40,890 nt of DNA from Bacteroidota bacterium (GTDB taxonomy: Bacteria; Bacteroidota; Bacteroidia; Palsa-948): positions 1 to 40,890 of the forward strand of contig JAZDJJ010000169.1 in assembly GCA_043804035.1 (NCBI GenBank), in the 5' to 3' direction. This document shows, piece by piece, positions 36,916 through 40,890 of this stretch. The notes beneath the pieces were generated by a model. The model did no database searches, had not been told where the DNA came from, and worked only from the letters and a program-made list of their open reading frames with translations. Each line of letters begins with the position of its first letter. Within the stretch, counting starts at the first letter, position 1. The translations under genes were made by a program, and so were the position numbers.

Positions 36916-36975
36916 ATATGATGTTTCGCCTAATCATCATTCAACAACGTTTCAACTCCACCTGATTGGCAATAA
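36680..36975 (-). mobile_element. IS630-family transposase remnant (winged-helix HTH region)
   Basis: EIQTYIARMYAVTYS...LLHRLGFVYKK...KADKEKQETF matches the IS630 HTH/linker pattern. An out-of-frame SGGVETLLNDD* continues upstream. No DDE domain present. Confidence 0.75.
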
Positions 36976-36981
36976 ATTTAT

Positions 36982-37130
36982 TATTGATTATTGATTATTG
37001 ACTATTGATTACTTGTAGTGAGCGAAGCCGAACTATTGATTACTTGCCTGCCTGTGCAGACGGCAGACAGGTAGTGAGCCGAAGCCGAACTATTGATTCT
37101 TGATTATTTGTAGTGAGCTTGCCGAAATAC
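36982..37130. repeat. TATTGAT heptamer tract interleaved with three REP-like units
   Basis: TATTGAT units; GTAGTGAGC(GAA/TT)GCCGAA copies at 37015, about 37071 and 37110; CCTGCCTG...CAGACAGG palindrome at 37047-37071. Confidence 0.8.
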
Positions 37131-37151
37131 AGGTAAATTCGGGACAGGTAT

Positions 37152-37880
37152 TTATATTTTTAGATTTGATGTAATTCCGAGTTTAATGCATGCAGATTCA
37201 GAGGAAAGTTGTTCGGCTTTTTTCTTGGAATAGTGTTCGGCGTTTCCCACAATTTCTTCGTTTACCATAGCAACAATAACATATTGCTTGTCATATCCAT
37301 TACCATCTTTTATTTGACGGAAAAAAACATTTTTCTTTTCACGTTGTCCCCATTCAATTAATTTACTTTTGAAATCAGTTTCAGTGAATTCTAATTTTGC
37401 TACATCAATATGATATTTTAGGATATTATTTACAAGAAATTTAGAAACTCGCGAAAAACCATGGTCCAGATAAATTGCTCCTATAAGTGCTTCAAAAGCA
37501 TTTCCGTTAATGGAAGAAAATTTTAATCCGGGATCTTTATTCTGCTGAATGAGTTTATTCAATCCTAATTTTATAGCAAGCTGGTTCAGGAAATTGCGGT
37601 TGACAATCTTTGAACGCATCTTTGTAAGAAAACCCTCGTCATAATAAGGAAATTTTTTGAAAAGGAAATCGGCTATCACTATGCTGAGTACTGCATCACC
37701 CAAAAATTCAAGACGTTCATTACTATCTTTTATTCCCTCTTTTATTTCTTCCGCTACAGAATTGTGACGAAATGCCTGATAGTACAACGAAAGATTTTTT
37801 GGGGAAAATTCCAAAATATTTTTCAGCGATGCACTAAAACGTCTATCGCTCTTTGATAATCCGAAAAAGAAAAAATACAT
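37152..37880 (-). CDS. rnc: Ribonuclease III
   Basis: NERLEFLGDAVL, EGFLTKMRS, FEALIGAIYLD; dsRBD (DFKSKLIEW, SKKKAEQ). TAGGTTTG -7 box at 37886-37893. Confidence 0.96.
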   Translation of the reverse strand: MYFFFFGLSKSDRRFSASLKNILEFSPKNLSLYYQAFRHNSVAEEIKEGIKDSNERLEFLGDAVLSIVIADFLFKKFPYYDEGFLTKMRSKIVNRNFLNQLAIKLGLNKLIQQNKDPGLKFSSINGNAFEALIGAIYLDHGFSRVSKFLVNNILKYHIDVAKLEFTETDFKSKLIEWGQREKKNVFFRQIKDGNGYDKQYVIVAMVNEEIVGNAEHYSKKKAEQLSSESACIKLGITSNLKI

Positions 37881-37940
37881 TGTGGCAAACCTACATAAAA
37901 TTTTGTAACTACTCAGCGCTCAACGTGGACAAGCCACAAC

Positions 37941-38068
37941 ACAGTGAACAGTGAACAGTGAACAGTGAAAAGTGAACAGTGAAAAGTGAACAGTGAACAA
38001 GTGAACAGTGAACAGTGAAAAGTGAACAGTGAACAAGTGAACAGTGAACAGTGAAAAGTGAACAGTGA
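37941..38068. repeat. Heptamer tandem array, 18 units
   Basis: A(C/A)AGTGA x16 plus two 8-nt ACAAGTGA units. Confidence 0.95.
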
Positions 38069-38124
38069 AATTGTGGCAACTAAGTTTTCCATTATAAAAA
38101 AGGATAGCGATTTTTAGATTATCT

Positions 38125-38200
38125 GGATACAAGTCATTAATGCAACTTTTTGATTAGTGTGTAATTTTAGTGCCGGATACAAGTCATAAATGCAACTTTT
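38125..38200. repeat. 26-bp direct repeat with 50-bp spacing
   Basis: GGATACAAGTCAT(T/A)AATGCAACTTTT at 38125 and 38175 (25/26 identical). Confidence 0.85.
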
Positions 38201-38276
38201 AAAGGTCATTTAATATTTATTCACCGTTCCATAGTTCCACTAATTCACTGATTTTCCTTTTATATCTTTGCAAATT

Positions 38277-40697
38277 ATGTGGGATTTTATATCCAGATAT
38301 ACACTTCGTAATAGAATTACCATCGTCATGGTTATATCTCTTATTACAATTTTCATGAGCTATCATGCAAGCAAAGTAGAAATTGCTTATGAGTTTCCGC
38401 GTCTCCTTCCGAACAACGACAGCACATTGATTGAATATGAAAATTTTAAAAAACGTTTTGGGATTGACGGTGCAGTGATGATTATCGGAATCAAAGACAG
38501 TAACTTTTACCAACTCAATAAATTCAACGATTGGTATGACCTCACATACACTATAAAAAAAATAAAAGGCATACGGGAAGTTGTTTCAGTAGCATGCTTG
38601 TATAATCTAAAAAAAAACGACTCGCTACGAAAGTTTTCGTTCAAGCCGATTTTCACTAAAAAACCAAAATCGCAGCAGGAAGTAGACAGCATCCATACTA
38701 TCATTGATAATCTTCCTTTTTACAGCGGATTCATGTTCAACAAAAAATCGCATACTACAATCATGGCAATCACCTTCAATGCCAAAGAATTAAATTCCAA
38801 AACTCGCCTTGCCATTGTTGATACAATTCGTCAATATGTAAATGTTTTCGTAAAAAAATATCCTGAGTTTTCCGGCAAAATCCATTATTCCGGATTACCA
38901 TATATCCGCACCGAAATTGCTCGCACCATTCTGCATGAAATGCTGCTATTTATGGCGCTGGCAATAATTGTAACGGCTATTATATTATTTTTCTTTTTCC
39001 GTTCTGTTTATCCTGTTGTTTTTTCATTACTTGTTGTATGTATAGGAGTTATGTGGTCGCTCGGATGCATTCATCTCTTTGGATATAAAATTACGAGTAT
39101 ATCAGGATTAATTCCTCCTCTGCTTATCATCATCGGAATTCCGAACAGCATCTTACTGCTAAATAAATATCATATTGAATTTGCCAGACATGGCAAACAA
39201 GGATTTGCTCTCTCGCGGATGATTAAAAGAATCGGCATCTCACTTTTCCTTGCGAACATTACTACTGCTATCGGCTTCGGAGTTTTTTGTTTCACTAATA
39301 GTAAAATTCTTTTTGAATTTGGATTAGTATCTTCCCTCAATGTGATGACAATGTATATTATCTCTTTGCATCTTGTTCCCATCATCTTCAGTTATCTTCC
39401 TCCGCCTTCCATGAAGGATACAAAACACCTCCAACGCAAACGGCTACACAAAATACTTAACGCAATAGATTATATTGCACATCATAATAGGAAAATAGTT
39501 TACGCTGTTGTCATCGTCATAACACTTATATCCATTTATGGAATCACACGAATAAAATCTTTGGGTTATGTGGTGGATGATCTTCCTGAAAATCATCCCA
39601 TTTACTCCGACATGCAATTTTTTCAAAAAGAATTTGGTGGAGTTCTTCCATTTGAAATCACTATTGATTCAAAAAAAGAAGGCGGTGCGCTGAATGACCG
39701 TATATTGAGAAAAATAAATAAACTTCAAAAATTGCTGGGGCAATATGATGAGTTTACGCGTCCGCTATCTATTGTGGAGGCAGTTAAGTTTTCTAATCAG
39801 GCGATGAATGATGGAAAACCAAAACATTATATTCTTCCCGGAAATTTAGATCTTATTAAAATTGCAGAATATTCTTCGGAAGCCAAAGAAAAACAAGACC
39901 GCTTCAAAGCATTCATTGACAGTACCCGCAGATATACACGGGTGAGCGTGCAGATGGCAGATATCGGTTCAATAAAGACGAAAGAACTTGTCAATAATAT
40001 TCGTCCGCGCATTGATTCTGTTTTCAATTTTAATTACGATGAGAATACATGGATGGCAGATAGTTTGCGTTACAATTATGCACTCACAGGTACCAGCATT
40101 ATGTTTCTGAAAGGAAATGATTTTCTTGTAGAGAACCTGCTGCAAAGTGTTATGTTTGCCATTATTCTCATTTCGCTGATTTTATACAGCATGTTCATGT
40201 TGCCAAGAATGATTTCTGTTTCTCTAATTCCAAGTACATTGCCTTTGATTATCACTGCTGGATTGATGGGATTTTTTGATATTCATCTTAAACCGAGTAC
40301 CATTCTTATTTTTAGTATTGCATTTGGAATTGCATCTGACGGAACGCTTTATTTTTTATCCAAATATCGTCAGGAATTCAAACACAATCCAAATAGTATT
40401 TCAAAATGTGTTTCACTTACAATACAAGAAACAGGTGTGAGCATGATTTATACTGCTATTATACTTGCCTGCGGTTTCGCAATTTTTTCTGCTTCTGATT
40501 TTGGCGGAACTGCTGCTCTGGGCATTTTGATTTCTATAACTTTATTTCTGGCTTATTGCTCCAACTTAATATTATTGCCTTGTTTTTTGCTTTCACTTGA
40601 AAAACGTCTCACAACAAAAGCTATGCTAAAAAAATCTTTTATTGAAGTTGAGGAAGAAGAAGAAGAAGAGATGGTAAGTGATAAGAAAAAAAGATAA
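38277..40697 (+). CDS. MMPL/RND-family transporter
   Basis: Two repeats of TM + periplasmic loop + 5 TM; SGLPYIR, FGGVLPFEI, SIAFGIASDGT, GVSMIYT. TATCTTTG -7 box at 38263-38270 favours ATG 38277. Confidence 0.92.
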   Translation: MWDFISRYTLRNRITIVMVISLITIFMSYHASKVEIAYEFPRLLPNNDSTLIEYENFKKRFGIDGAVMIIGIKDSNFYQLNKFNDWYDLTYTIKKIKGIREVVSVACLYNLKKNDSLRKFSFKPIFTKKPKSQQEVDSIHTIIDNLPFYSGFMFNKKSHTTIMAITFNAKELNSKTRLAIVDTIRQYVNVFVKKYPEFSGKIHYSGLPYIRTEIARTILHEMLLFMALAIIVTAIILFFFFRSVYPVVFSLLVVCIGVMWSLGCIHLFGYKITSISGLIPPLLIIIGIPNSILLLNKYHIEFARHGKQGFALSRMIKRIGISLFLANITTAIGFGVFCFTNSKILFEFGLVSSLNVMTMYIISLHLVPIIFSYLPPPSMKDTKHLQRKRLHKILNAIDYIAHHNRKIVYAVVIVITLISIYGITRIKSLGYVVDDLPENHPIYSDMQFFQKEFGGVLPFEITIDSKKEGGALNDRILRKINKLQKLLGQYDEFTRPLSIVEAVKFSNQAMNDGKPKHYILPGNLDLIKIAEYSSEAKEKQDRFKAFIDSTRRYTRVSVQMADIGSIKTKELVNNIRPRIDSVFNFNYDENTWMADSLRYNYALTGTSIMFLKGNDFLVENLLQSVMFAIILISLILYSMFMLPRMISVSLIPSTLPLIITAGLMGFFDIHLKPSTILIFSIAFGIASDGTLYFLSKYRQEFKHNPNSISKCVSLTIQETGVSMIYTAIILACGFAIFSASDFGGTAALGILISITLFLAYCSNLILLPCFLLSLEKRLTTKAMLKKSFIEVEEEEEEEMVSDKKKR

Positions 40698-40741
40698 CTT
40701 CTCCATACACGCAGGTAATTGCATAAAAACCAAAAATAATG

Positions 40742-40890
40742 GGTAGCGTCTTAAATATGTGTTTAAAACAAATACTTATTTATAAAACTTCCTATTACTT
40801 TTATGTGCATTTCTTCGGATTTTGAAAAACAAATTGTTTTGCGAGCCAATCGTTTTATTCGTGTTCTTAAATCCAAGTTTTTTCGTTCAA
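40742..40890 (-). mobile_element. Second IS1-family element: transposase C-terminus (40763-40888) and terminal repeat starting at 40742
   Basis: Minus-strand translation ERKNLDLRTRIKRLARKTICFSKSEEMHIKVIGSFINKYLF* (InsB C-terminus). End sequence GGTAGCGTCTTAAATATGTGTTT resembles the left element's GGTAGTGTCCTGAAT. Confidence 0.9.

Noticed and set aside
37920-38132. 70-aa ORF with TVHFSLF repeats
   Set aside because: Translation of the heptamer array.
290-40027. Many 60-140 aa ORFs antisense to or overlapping long genes
   Set aside because: Shadow ORFs without motifs, inside well-supported CDSs.
1-40890. Whole window as an IS1 composite transposon
   Set aside because: The two IS ends are divergent, their outer ends are not visible, and the content is core genes.
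1-40890. tRNA, rRNA, reverse transcriptase/DGR or integrase genes
   Set aside because: No recognisable signatures by eye; a covariance-model scan was not possible.

Overview
AT-rich chromosomal segment with Bacteroidota hallmarks: TAnnTTTG -7 promoter boxes, type III glutamine synthetase, a PorE-like OmpA protein and Asp-type MurA. Both ends stop inside the 3' end of a different IS1-family element, so this is probably a contig broken at IS copies. Most genes are housekeeping or envelope functions: ClC-CBS, M20 amidohydrolase, TauE, a TolB/BamA-like protein, a TonB-dependent receptor, a GH3/serine hydrolase, an HD hydrolase, lon, an M23 peptidase, murA, purM, glnA-III, hutI, a YfhO-like/GT2 pair, rnc and an MMPL transporter. 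The best candidate for an undescribed system is an uncharacterised 313-aa gene with an internally duplicated domain (17563-18504, -), bracketed by two related, same-orientation 21-bp tandem arrays. Other notable items: a RelE-type toxin-antitoxin islet between 46-bp duplications of the murA 3' end; MITE-like elements sharing one terminal repeat but with different palindromic interiors; repeat-like in-frame insertions in core enzymes; an IS630-HTH/GT2 fusion; and two homopolymer frameshifts in envelope-related genes. All family assignments come from motif recognition by eye, with no database searches.
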